From Bryobacterales bacterium (GTDB lineage Bacteria; Acidobacteriota; Terriglobia; Bryobacterales; UBA6623), in assembly GCA_965204095.1 (NCBI GenBank), contig OZ241991.1:2576290-2640289 (forward strand): a stretch of DNA of 64,000 nt, given 5' to 3'. The notes below the pieces were generated by a model, which saw only the letters and a list, made by a program, of their open reading frames with translations, searched no databases and had not been told where the DNA came from. The number at the start of each line of letters is the position of its first letter. Position 1 is the stretch's first letter. The translations under genes and the position numbers were made by a program. Shown in pieces: positions 1 through 8,281 of this stretch.

Positions 1-3000
1 AAGGCGATGTCCACGGTGAACGCGCCTCGCTGCGGTTGCGCCGGACCACTGAGGGTCACCGTCGGAGGGGTTGGATCCGGCTCGGTCACTGTGACGGTGA
101 AGGTCTCCGTCACGTCGGCGTTCACCCCGTCGTTGGCGGTGATGGTGACGGTGTAGTCCTGCGCCGTTGCGTCCGCCGCCACCGTGCCGCTCACCTGCCC
201 CGAGGCGTAGGACAGTCCCGACGGAAGGCCCGCCAGCGTCACCGTCGGCGTATCGCCGTCGGCGTCGCTCACCGCGATGGAGAAGGCCGTGACGGCCTCG
301 CCCTGCGCGTAGCTCTTGTCCCCGGGCGCCGTGATCACCGGCGCGAAGTTCACGTCGGCCACGGCGATGGTGAAGGTCTCGGTCACGGCCGGGTTCACGC
401 CGTCATCGGCCGAGATGGTCACGGTGTAGTCCTGCGCCGCCGCGTCCACGGCCACCGTGCCGCTCACCCGCCCCGAGGCGTACGACAGTCCCGACGGCAG
501 CCCCGTCAGCGTCACTGCCGGCGTGTCGCCGTCGGCGTCCGTCACCGTGATGGGGAAGGCCGTGACGGCCTCGCCCTGTTTGTAGCTCTTGTCGCCCGGA
601 TCGGTGATCTCCGGCGCGAAGTTGACGTCGGTCACCGTGACGGTGAAGGTCTCCGTCACGTCCGGATAGGCCCTGTCGTCCACCGTGATCGTAACCGTGT
701 AGTCCTGCGCCGCGGCGTCCGCCGCCACCGTGCCGCTCACCTGCCCCGAGGCGTAGGACAGTCCCGACGGCAGACCCTCCAGCGTCACCGTCACGACGCC
801 CGGATCGGTCACCGTGATGCCGAAGGCGGTGATCGCCTCGCCCTGCTTGTAGGTCTTGTCCCCCGGATCGGTGATCTCCGGCGGCGGCCAGCGCACCTCG
901 ATCTCCCACTCGTCGGTCACGTCATCGTTCACGCCGTCATTGGCGGTGATCGTCACCGTGTACTGTGACCCGGTGTAGGCCTTCAGCCGCGTTCCTCCCG
1001 GAGTACCGCTTACCTGGCCGTCGGAATACGACAGCCCCGGCGGCAGCCCCGTCACCGTCACCGTCACGTCGTCGCCGTCGGCGTCGCTCACCTCGACCGG
1101 GACCGGCGTCATCTCCTGGTACTGCCGGACAAAGAAGTCGTCCCGCCAGGTGATCACCGGCGCGAAGTTGACGTCGGCCACGGCGATGGTGAAGGTCTCG
1201 GTCACGGCCGGGTTCACGCCGTCATCGGCCGAGATGGTCACGGTGTAGTCCTGCGCCGCCGCGTCCACGGCCACCGTGCCGCTCACCCGCCCCGAGGCGT
1301 ACGACAGTCCCGACGGCAGCCCCGTCAGCGTCACTGCCGGCGTGTCGCCGTCGGCGTCCGTCACCGTGATGGGGAAGGCCGTGACGGCCTCGCCCTGTTT
1401 GTAGCTCTTGTCGCCCGGATCGGTGATCTCCGGCGCGAAGTTGACGTCGGTCACCGTGACGGTGAAGGTCTCCGTCACGTCCGGATAGGCCCTGTCGTCC
1501 ACCGTGATCGTAACCGTGTAGTCCTGCGCCGCGGCGTTGGCCGCCACCGTGCCGCTCACCTGCCCCGAGGCGTACGACAGCCCGGACGGCAGCCCCGCCA
1601 GCGTCACCGTCACGACGTCCGGATCGGTCACCGTGATGCCGAATGCGGTGATCGCCTCGCCCTGCTTGTAGGTCTTGTCCCCCGGAGCGGTGATCTCCGG
1701 CGGCGGCCAGCGCACCTCGATCTCCCACTCGTCGGTCACGTCATCGTTCACGCCGTCATTGGCGGTGATCGTCACCGTGTACTGTGACCCGGTGTAGGCC
1801 TTCAGCCGCGTTCCTCCCGGAGTACCGCTTACCTGGCCGTCGGAATACGACAGCCCCTGCGGCAGCCCCGTCACCGTCACCGTCACGTCGTCGCCGTCGG
1901 CGTCGCTCACCTCGACCGGGACCGGCGTCATCTCCTGGTACTGCCGGACAAAGAAGTCGTCCCGCCAGGTGATCACCGGCGCGAAGTTGACGTCGGCCAC
2001 GGCGATGGTGAAGGTCTCGGTCACGGCCGGGTTCACGCCGTCATCGGCCGAGATGGTCACGGTGTAGTCCTGCGCCGCCGCGTCCACGGCCACCGTGCCC
2101 CTCACCCGCCCCGAGGCGTACGACAGCCCCGACGGCAGACCCGTCACCGTCACTGCCGGCGTATCGCCGTCGGCGTCCGTCACCGTGATGGGGAAGGCCG
2201 TGACGGCCTCGCCCTGTTTGTACCTCTTGTCGCCCGGATCGGTGATCTCCGGCGCGAAGTTGACGTCGGTCACCGTGACGGTGAAGGTCTCCGTCACGTC
2301 CGGATAGGCCCTGTCGTCCACCGTGATCGTAACCGTGTAGTCCTGCGCCGCGGCGTTGGCCGCCACCGTGCCGCTCACCTGCCCCGAGGCGTACGACAGC
2401 CCCGACGGCAGTCCCGTCAGCGTCACCGTCACGACATCCGGATCGGTCACCGTGATGCCGAAGGCGGTGATCGCCTCGCCCTGCTTGTAGGTCTTGTCCC
2501 CCGGCGCCGTGATCTCCGGCGGCGGCCAGCGCACCTCGATTTCCCATTCGTCGGTCACGTCCGGGTTCACGCCGTCGTTGGCGCTGATCGTCACCGTGTA
2601 CTGTGACCCGGTGTAGGCCTTCAGCCGCGTTCCGCCCGGAGTGCCGCTTACCTGGCCGTCGGAGTACGACAGCCCCTGCGGCAGCCCCGTCACCGTCACC
2701 GTCACCTTGTCGCCGTCGGCGTCGCTCACCTCGACCGGGACCGGCGTCATCTCCTGGTACTGCCGGACAAAGAAGTCGTCCCGCCAGGTGATCACCGGCG
2801 CGAAGTTCACGTCGGCCACGGCGATCGTGAAGGTCTCGGTCACGGCCGGGTTCACGCCGTCATCGGCCGAGATGGTCACGGTGTAGTCCTGCGCCGTTGC
2901 GTCCACGGCCACCGTGCCGCTCACCCGCCCCGAGGCGTACGACAGCCCCGACGGCAGACCCTCCAGCGTCACTGCCGGCGTATCGCCGTCGGCGTCCGTC

Positions 3001-4037
3001 ACCGTGATGGGGAAGGCCGTGACGGCCTCGCCCTGTTTGTAGCTCTTGTCGCCCGGATCGGTGATCTCCGGCGCGAAGTTGACGTCGGTCACGGTGATGG
3101 TGAAGGTGTCCGCCGCGTTGTACACCCCGTCGTTGGCGTTGATCGCCACCGTGTAGTCCTGCGCCGCGGCGTTGGCCGCCACCGTGCCGCTCACCTGCCC
3201 CGAGGCGTACGACAGCCCCGAGGGCAGACCCGTCACCGTCACCGTCACGACATCCGGATCGGTTACCGTGATGCCGAAGGCGGTGATCTCCTCGCCCTGC
3301 TTGTAGGTCTTGTCCCCCGGATCGGTGATCTCCGGCGGCGGCCAGCGCACCTCGATTTCCCATTCGTCGGTCACGTCCGGGTTCACGCCGTCGTTGGCCG
3401 TGATCGTCACCGTGTACTCCAGCCCTCTGTTGGGCTTCAGCCGGTCCCCGCCCGGAGTGCCGCTCACCTGGCCGTCCGAGTACGACAGCCCCGGCGGCAG
3501 ACCCGTCACCGTCACCGTCACCTTGTCGCCGTCGGCGTCGCTCACCTCGACCGGGACCGGCGTCATCTCCTGGTACTGCCGGACAAAGAAGTCGTCCCGC
3601 CAGGTGATCACCGGCGCAAAGTTGACGTCGGTCACGGCGATCGTGAAGGTCTCGGTCACGGCCGCGTTCACGCCGTCTTTGGCGCTGATGGTCACGGTGT
3701 GGTCCTGCGCCGCCGCGTCCGCCGCCACCGTGCCGCTCACCTGCCCCGAGGCGTACGACAGCCCCGACGGCAGACCCGTCACCGTCACCGTCGGGGTATC
3801 GCCGTCGGAGTCCGTCACCGTGATGGGGAAGGCCGTCACGGCCTCGCCCTGCTCATAGCTCTTGTCGCCCGGATCGGTGATCACCGGCGGGGCATTCGAT
3901 TGCTCTGCCGCCGGAGCGGCGGAAAAGGCCGCCGCGAGCAGGCAAGCCATCGCCGTATTGGCGGCCGCCCTGGAAAGCTTGCGAAGCAGTAACAGAAGGG
4001 GAAGTCTTGCGGTGTTTGCCGAGGATTCGAGTTGCAC
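1..4037 (-). CDS. Giant secreted/cell-surface repeat protein with tandem He_PIG (PF05345-like)/dystroglycan-type cadherin-like Ig domains. Only the N-terminal part is present; the 3' end lies beyond the window start.
   Basis: My own translation of the minus frame is open from the window edge up to a stop at 4077-4079. The ORF is absent from the track because it runs off the window. The first start is GTG 4037 (alternative ATG 3950). The N-terminus ..RLPLLLLLRKLSRAAANTAMACLLAAAFSAAPAAEQ is signal-peptide-like. It is followed by ~90-aa modules with PGDKSYxQGEAVTAF, DADGD, TGLPSGLSYASGQVSGT, DYTVTIxAxDGVN and TETFTVTVTDVNFAP motifs. Confidence 0.8.
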   Translation of the reverse strand, partial: MQLESSANTARLPLLLLLRKLSRAAANTAMACLLAAAFSAAPAAEQSNAPPVITDPGDKSYEQGEAVTAFPITVTDSDGDTPTVTVTGLPSGLSYASGQVSGTVAADAAAQDHTVTISAKDGVNAAVTETFTIAVTDVNFAPVITWRDDFFVRQYQEMTPVPVEVSDADGDKVTVTVTGLPPGLSYSDGQVSGTPGGDRLKPNRGLEYTVTITANDGVNPDVTDEWEIEVRWPPPEITDPGDKTYKQGEEITAFGITVTDPDVVTVTVTGLPSGLSYASGQVSGTVAANAAAQDYTVAINANDGVYNAADTFTITVTDVNFAPEITDPGDKSYKQGEAVTAFPITVTDADGDTPAVTLEGLPSGLSYASGRVSGTVAVDATAQDYTVTISADDGVNPAVTETFTIAVADVNFAPVITWRDDFFVRQYQEMTPVPVEVSDADGDKVTVTVTGLPQGLSYSDGQVSGTPGGTRLKAYTGSQYTVTISANDGVNPDVTDEWEIEVRWPPPEITAPGDKTYKQGEAITAFGITVTDPDVVTVTLTGLPSGLSYASGQVSGTVAANAAAQDYTVTITVDDRAYPDVTETFTVTVTDVNFAPEITDPGDKRYKQGEAVTAFPITVTDADGDTPAVTVTGLPSGLSYASGRVRGTVAVDAAAQDYTVTISADDGVNPAVTETFTIAVADVNFAPVITWRDDFFVRQYQEMTPVPVEVSDADGDDVTVTVTGLPQGLSYSDGQVSGTPGGTRLKAYTGSQYTVTITANDGVNDDVTDEWEIEVRWPPPEITAPGDKTYKQGEAITAFGITVTDPDVVTVTLAGLPSGLSYASGQVSGTVAANAAAQDYTVTITVDDRAYPDVTETFTVTVTDVNFAPEITDPGDKSYKQGEAVTAFPITVTDADGDTPAVTLTGLPSGLSYASGRVSGTVAVDAAAQDYTVTISADDGVNPAVTETFTIAVADVNFAPVITWRDDFFVRQYQEMTPVPVEVSDADGDDVTVTVTGLPPGLSYSDGQVSGTPGGTRLKAYTGSQYTVTITANDGVNDDVTDEWEIEVRWPPPEITDPGDKTYKQGEAITAFGITVTDPGVVTVTLEGLPSGLSYASGQVSGTVAADAAAQDYTVTITVDDRAYPDVTETFTVTVTDVNFAPEITDPGDKSYKQGEAVTAFPITVTDADGDTPAVTLTGLPSGLSYASGRVSGTVAVDAAAQDYTVTISADDGVNPAVTETFTIAVADVNFAPVITAPGDKSYAQGEAVTAFSIAVSDADGDTPTVTLAGLPSGLSYASGQVSGTVAADATAQDYTVTITANDGVNADVTETFTVTVTEPDPTPPTVTLSGPAQPQRGAFTVDIA
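335..3885. repeat. In-frame tandem repeat, period 819 bp (273 aa = three Ig-like modules), about 4.3 units
   Basis: Shadow ORFs recur at 403, 1222, 2041 and 2860 (spacing 819). Shadow ORFs 965..1153 and 1784..1972 have identical translations. Units 335-1153 and 1154-1972 differ at only a few positions. Confidence 0.9.
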
Positions 4038-4115
4038 GGGTGGACTCTTGCTCGTGGTGGGCGGAGGGGATGGCAGCTAGCGAGGGAGTAGACGGGAGCC
4101 GTCCCAGCATCAAGG

Positions 4116-4130
4116 GCAAAAACCGTGCCA
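4116..4130 (-). promoter_or_regulatory. Candidate sigma-54 (-24/-12) promoter for the adhesin-like gene
   Basis: The minus strand reads TGGCACGGTTTTTGC, against the consensus TGGCACG-N4-TTGC, with correct GG/GC spacing. It lies ~80-90 nt upstream of GTG 4037 and downstream of a sigma-54 activator gene. Confidence 0.6.
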
Positions 4131-4303
4131 AACCCAGCAAGAGTCTCCAAGTCTTTCCAAACAAAGGACTTAGGATCCTGTAACCGCAGAACCTCCGTTA
4201 TCCGCAAGCGTTGCAGCATGAAACGGCGGCGAGCCGATCAGCAGGTCCGCGGCAGAGACAAGTCGAATGATTGCAATGAGTTACGCGGTATCGGCAGGGA
4301 GGT

Positions 4304-4337
4304 GTCGCATTTAGCGACACGAGTCGCATCTTGCGAC
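4304..4337. promoter_or_regulatory. Pair of palindromes GTCGCatttaGCGAC and GTCGCatcttGCGAC (centres 19 bp apart), candidate enhancer (UAS) for the sigma-54 activator
   Basis: Both are perfect 5+5 inverted repeats. They lie ~175-220 bp upstream of the -24/-12 element, a typical bEBP enhancer distance. Confidence 0.4.
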
Positions 4338-4340
4338 ACA

Positions 4341-4470
4341 GGCCGTGATTCGAAAAAAAGCCGTGATTCGTGTTTCGTGTCTCGTGATTCGTGACCCCAA
4401 AACCCGGGCAAGCGGTACGGCCGTCGCTCCAAGGCCGCATGCGTTGCGCTGGCTTGCCGTGCTCAACGCA
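4341..4470. repeat. Composite CACGA-heptamer intergenic repeat (reverse orientation) plus a fragment of the palindromic-element interior
   Basis: It contains ggccgtgattcgtgtttcgtgtctcgtgattcgtgaccccaaaacc...ccaaggc, the reverse complement of the copies at 48700-48840, 55270-55400 and 57850-57960. Confidence 0.8.
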
Positions 4471-4477
4471 GGGAGGT

Positions 4478-4492
4478 GTCGCATTTTGCAAC
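4478..4492. promoter_or_regulatory. Single degenerate palindrome GTCGCattttGCAAC
   Basis: It occupies the same position relative to the fragment stop codon as site 5855-5869 does relative to the intact activator gene. Confidence 0.3.
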
Positions 4493-4506
4493 AGAAACCG
4501 GAGCGC

Positions 4507-4838
4507 GAAGGAGTGGACCTCAGTTGCCGGCGGGCAGGCCGTATTTCTTCAACTTGCGGTACAGGGTCGAGCGATTGAGACCCAGGGAGCGAGCCGCCTC
4601 GGTCACGTTGTTGGCCGAGAGTTCCAGCGCGTGGACCAGCGCCTGCCGCTTGACCTCCGCCGGCGGGAGGATCGCCGCCGGCGCCGCGGGGTCTTTTCGG
4701 GGAGCCACGATCGGCGAGAGTTGCGGCGGGAGGCTGTTGAGTTGCAGCACGTCGGTGGTCTCCAGCAGAACGGCGAGTTCGATGGCGTTCTCCAGATCGC
4801 ACTCGTTGCCGGGCCGGTCGTACCGTAGCAGCGGGGAA
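4507..4838 (-). pseudogene. Duplicated 3'-terminal fragment (copy A) of the sigma-54 activator gene
   Basis: It translates to ..[90 protein letters not shown]. This aligns to the last ~100 aa of 5897..7795. No AAA+ part is present. Confidence 0.85.
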
Positions 4839-4840
4839 GT

Positions 4841-4874
4841 GTCGCATTTCGCGACACGAGTCGCATCTTGCGAC
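4841..4874. promoter_or_regulatory. Second palindrome pair, GTCGCatttcGCGAC and GTCGCatcttGCGAC
   Basis: It has the same architecture and 19-bp spacing as 4304-4337. It abuts the truncated 5' edge of fragment copy A. Confidence 0.35.
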
Positions 4875-4877
4875 ACA

Positions 4878-5640
4878 GGCCGTGATTCGAGAAAAGGCCG
4901 TGGTTCGTGTCTCGTGACTCGTGACCCAAAAACCCAAAAGCCGTGATTCGTGTTTCGTGTCTCGTGTTTCGTGACCCCAAAACCCTGGGTTGGCGGTACG
5001 GCCGTGGCTCCAAGGCGGCTTGGGGAAAAGCCGTGCTTCGCGACCCGGACGTGCTTTGCCTCGCCAGCCGGCGGGACAGGCAGGCCAGGGGCGCTTGCGC
5101 GGTAACTCGATGCATCCATGAAGCGGCCGGCCCGGCTGCCGCGGTGCGCGGGGGCGCTTGATTGGCGGGGGGGTACCTGGGAAATCATGGGAAATCGTGG
5201 GAAATCGAAAAAAGGCCGTGATTCGTGTTTCGTGACCCCAAAAACCCTGGTTGGCGGTGCGGCTGTTGCTCCAGGGCAGCTTGCGCACAAGGCCGTGATT
5301 CGTGTTGCGAGTCTCGTGTTTCGGAAAAAAAGCGTGGGGAGCGGCTGGGATTCGCTCCTGAAGGAAACGCCTGACGGGGGGTGCACCCTGCCTTGATTTT
5401 CGCCACGGATCAGGCATCGCGAGTCACGAGTCATGCTCCTCTTCACTCATGCTAGGCCGGGCGGGCGGACAAAAAAAGACTGAAGGGCTTCAGTACCAAA
5501 AAGGCCGTGATTCGTGAAAACCATTGGCGGGAGGCCTGGTTCGCTCCAGGAAGAAATGTCTGACGGCCTGTGAACCATAAAGGCCGTGATTCGTGTTTGG
5601 TGTTTCGTGACCCCAAACCCCTGGGTTGGCGGTGCGGCTG
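4878..5640. repeat. Cluster of several degenerate CACGA-heptamer composite repeats, plus a 3x10-bp gggaaatcNt tandem and a ctgaagggcttcag hairpin motif
   Basis: Motifs ggccgtgattcgtgtttcgtg..gaccccaaaaccctgg.. occur at least four times. The motif around 5450-5515 recurs inverted at 63860-63925. Long ORFs called here have no recognisable protein features. Confidence 0.75.
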
Positions 5641-5826
5641 TTGCTCGACTTCGGTCAGCGGGAGGACTGCCGCCGGCGCCGCGGGGTCTTTTCGGGAAGC
5701 CACGATCGGCGAGAGTCGCGGCGGGAGGCTGTTGAGTTGCAGCACGTCGGTGGTCTCCGGCAGAACGGCGCGCTCGATGGCGTTCTCGAGCTCGCGAACG
5801 TTGCCGGGCCGGTCGTACCGCAGCAG
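5641..5826 (-). pseudogene. Second, shorter internal fragment (copy B) of the sigma-54 activator 3' region
   Basis: It encodes ..[54 protein letters not shown], matching intact coordinates ~6022-6205. It shares the same upstream breakpoint sequence as copy A. Confidence 0.8.
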
Positions 5827-5835
5827 CGGGGAGGT

Positions 5836-5869
5836 GTCGCAATTCGCGACACATGCCGCATTTTGCGAC
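5836..5869. promoter_or_regulatory. Third palindrome pair, GTCGCaattcGCGAC and GCCGCattttGCGAC, 28-60 nt downstream of the activator stop codon
   Basis: It has the same half-sites and 19-bp spacing. No T-run follows, so it is not a classical intrinsic terminator. Confidence 0.35.
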
Positions 5870-5896
5870 AGGAACGCGAGCTCGGAGGAGTGGACT

Positions 5897-7795
5897 TCAG
5901 TTTCCGGCGGCGAGGCCGTATTTTTTCAACTTGCGGTACAGGGTCGAGCGATTGAGACCCAGGGAGCGAGCCGCCTCGGTCACGTTGTTGGCAAAGATTT
6001 CCAGCGCGTGGACGAGCGCCTGCCGCTCGACTTCGGCCAGCGGGAGGACTGCCGCCGGCGCCGTGGGGTCTCTTCGGGAAGCCACGATCGGCGAGAGTTG
6101 CGGCGGGAGGCTGTTGAGTTGCAGCACGTCGGTGGTCTCCAGCAGAACGGCGCGCTCGATGGCGTTCTCGAGCTCGCGAACGTTGCCGGGCCAATCGTAC
6201 TGCAGCAACAGCCGCAAGGCGGCGTTGGAAATGCCGCTCATGGATTTATCGATGCGTTCGGCGTGCTTCTCCAGAAAATGTTTCGCCAGCAGAGGAATAT
6301 CTTCCCGGCGTTCTCTGAGCGGCGGGACCACGATGGGGAAAACGGCGACGCGAAAGTACAGATCTTCACGAAACTCGCCTGATTTCACCCGGGACTCGAG
6401 GTCCTTGTTGGTCGCCGCAATCACCCGCACGTCGACCGGGATGGAGACCGATCCGCCGATCCGTTGGATCTCGCGCTCTTGCAGGATGCGCAACAGCTTG
6501 GCTTGCAGAACCGTCGGCATGTCGCCGACCTCGTCGAGAAAGACCGTTCCTCCCCTGGCGCGCTCGAATGCGCCGATTCTCTGCTTCGCCGCGCCGGTGA
6601 AAGCTCCCTTTTCGTGTCCGAACAGTTCGCTTTCGATGAGGGCTTCGGGGATGGCGGCGCAGTTGATGGCCAGAAACGGCCCTTTTTTTCGCAGGCTGTT
6701 GAAGTGGAAGGACTTGGCGACCAGTTCCTTGCCGGTTCCGCTCTCGCCGCGAATGAGCACCGTGATGTCGCTTTCGGCGGCCTGCTTCACCAGCGCGTAG
6801 ACCTGCTGCATCTGGTCGCTGCCGCCCACCATGCCGGAGAAGGAATAGGTCTTCTCCAGCGCGGTGCGCAAGCGCATGACTTCGGCTTTCATCTGCTCGA
6901 CCTCGATTTCCTTGGACACATCGCGGTACACGTACAGATCGCCGATGACGTCTCCTCGACTGTCATGCACCGGGGCCGTGGAGCGATAGAACAGCCGCTG
7001 CCGGGGCACCTTGCTCATATCCGCTTCCTGCACCACGCTACCGCTGCCCTCGAAGAAGAATCCTCTCTCCACATCAGGCAGGTCGGGTTCCCGGAAGCGC
7101 TGCTTGAAGTGCGCCGTGAACGCTTCGCTCGTCATCTTCTCGAGTTCGCCTTGCGGCAGATCGAGCATCTGCACGTACGCCTGATTGGCGAACACCAGCC
7201 GGTTGTCGGTGTCATACATGGCCATGGCGTCTCCGGTGGAGTCGAGCACCGCTTCCAGCCTTTGATGGCTGATGGTCAGTTGCCGCCGATTCTCGCTCAA
7301 CTCCTGCTCGACGTTCCATTTCTCGACCAGGGAAAGCGTGATCTGCTGAATCTCCTCGCGCGAGAAAGGCTTCCTGATATAGAGCAGCTTGTGCAGCAAT
7401 TCCATATCCTGGACGATCTCGGGTAGAGACTTGTCCGTGTAGGCGGTCATGATGACGATCTCGAGGTCACGATCGATTTTTCTCACGCGGCGAATCGTTT
7501 CGATCCCGTCGATGCCCGGAGGCATTCTGATGTCGACGTAGGCGGCGGCAATGGGGCGGCCCGACTCCTTTTCCGCCTTGATGATTTTGATGGCCTCTTC
7601 TCCGCTTGTCGCGTGCAACAGCTCGAACTTCGGCAGAAAGGGCTTGTGTTCGGTCTGAAGAAACGCCTTCGCGAATGCATCCGTTGACGCGGCCATGAAG
7701 CCGGACGTCAGCATTTCCGTAAAGTCGTCATGGATTTCTTGCTGGTCGTCGATGATCAGCACGCGAAGGTTCTTGTGATCTGTGGAATCCATCAA
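5897..7795 (-). CDS. Sigma-54-dependent transcriptional activator (bEBP) with REC-PAS-AAA+-Fis-type HTH architecture
   Basis: The product is 632 aa. The receiver shows [22 protein letters not shown]-like segment follows. The AAA+ part has Walker A GESGTGKE and the GAFTGA loop ([12 protein letters not shown]). The C-terminal HTH is [24 protein letters not shown]. Confidence 0.95.
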   Translation of the reverse strand: MMDSTDHKNLRVLIIDDQQEIHDDFTEMLTSGFMAASTDAFAKAFLQTEHKPFLPKFELLHATSGEEAIKIIKAEKESGRPIAAAYVDIRMPPGIDGIETIRRVRKIDRDLEIVIMTAYTDKSLPEIVQDMELLHKLLYIRKPFSREEIQQITLSLVEKWNVEQELSENRRQLTISHQRLEAVLDSTGDAMAMYDTDNRLVFANQAYVQMLDLPQGELEKMTSEAFTAHFKQRFREPDLPDVERGFFFEGSGSVVQEADMSKVPRQRLFYRSTAPVHDSRGDVIGDLYVYRDVSKEIEVEQMKAEVMRLRTALEKTYSFSGMVGGSDQMQQVYALVKQAAESDITVLIRGESGTGKELVAKSFHFNSLRKKGPFLAINCAAIPEALIESELFGHEKGAFTGAAKQRIGAFERARGGTVFLDEVGDMPTVLQAKLLRILQEREIQRIGGSVSIPVDVRVIAATNKDLESRVKSGEFREDLYFRVAVFPIVVPPLRERREDIPLLAKHFLEKHAERIDKSMSGISNAALRLLLQYDWPGNVRELENAIERAVLLETTDVLQLNSLPPQLSPIVASRRDPTAPAAVLPLAEVERQALVHALEIFANNVTEAARSLGLNRSTLYRKLKKYGLAAGN

Positions 7796-7891
7796 ATATC
7801 CCCCGGCATGTTCTGTCCGTTGTACCGTTCAAGTCGATGTTCAGCGGCAGGTTCCGCGGGCTGGACGGACTCGCGTCCGGGCGCGTCCCCG

Positions 7892-8085
7892 CTAGCCTGC
7901 ATTTCTCACCACCCGACGGTCGCAGCACGCGAAAAAAGGCCGTGATTCGTGTTTCGTGTCTCGTGATTCGTGAAAAACCTTAAAGGCCGTGTTGCGCGCG
8001 CCTTTTTCCTCCGCCCGGCTTGCGCCTTGTCCTGACGGCCCTCTCACGCACTTCGCCTCGCCACGTGGTGAGAAATGCAGGCTAG
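7892..8085. repeat. MITE-like palindromic element with an internal CACGA-heptamer module
   Basis: The termini ctagcctgcatttctcaccac and gtggtgagaaatgcaggctag are perfect 21-bp inverted repeats. The interior shares arms with 39098-39282 and 42152-42321. Confidence 0.85.
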
Positions 8086-8281
8086 ATCCGACCGCTCCGC
8101 CGGCCCCCTCCCGCGCAGCCAGAGCGGCGGCCGGACCAACAGGATCAACTTCATGAGTGTCTGATCCCGATCGTCCTGTTCGTCTTGATTTCATTTCCGG
8201 TCTTCTCGCTCCCTCATGTCGTTGTCTCGGTGGCCAGCAAGCCGCGCGGCATGGTTCGCCGCGGGGTGTCAACACGGGCTG

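Noticed and set aside
36-3992. Plus-strand and off-frame minus-strand ORFs across the 819-bp repeats (36..968, 403..909, 1222..1728, 3310..3858 and others).
   Set aside because: Their periodic recurrence simply mirrors the DNA repeat. The third minus frame is open throughout and encodes recognisable Ig-like modules.
4311-5446. ORFs of 308-368 aa (4311..5417, 4520..5446) spanning the repeat cluster.
   Set aside because: Only the last ~100 codons of 4520..5446 are protein-like (the bEBP fragment). The remainder is a read-through of heptamer and other repeats (..HETRNTNHG.. peptides).
4507-6205. Diversity-generating retroelement idea: a gene 3' end (VR) with nearby near-copies (TR), plus an Avd-like gene and an RT fragment in the window.
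   Set aside because: Differences between copies involve all four bases rather than adenine-specific changes. The RT fragment is truncated and 7 kb away on the other side of a kinase, the Avd-like gene is 55 kb away, and the target is a Fis-type HTH rather than a variable ligand-binding fold.
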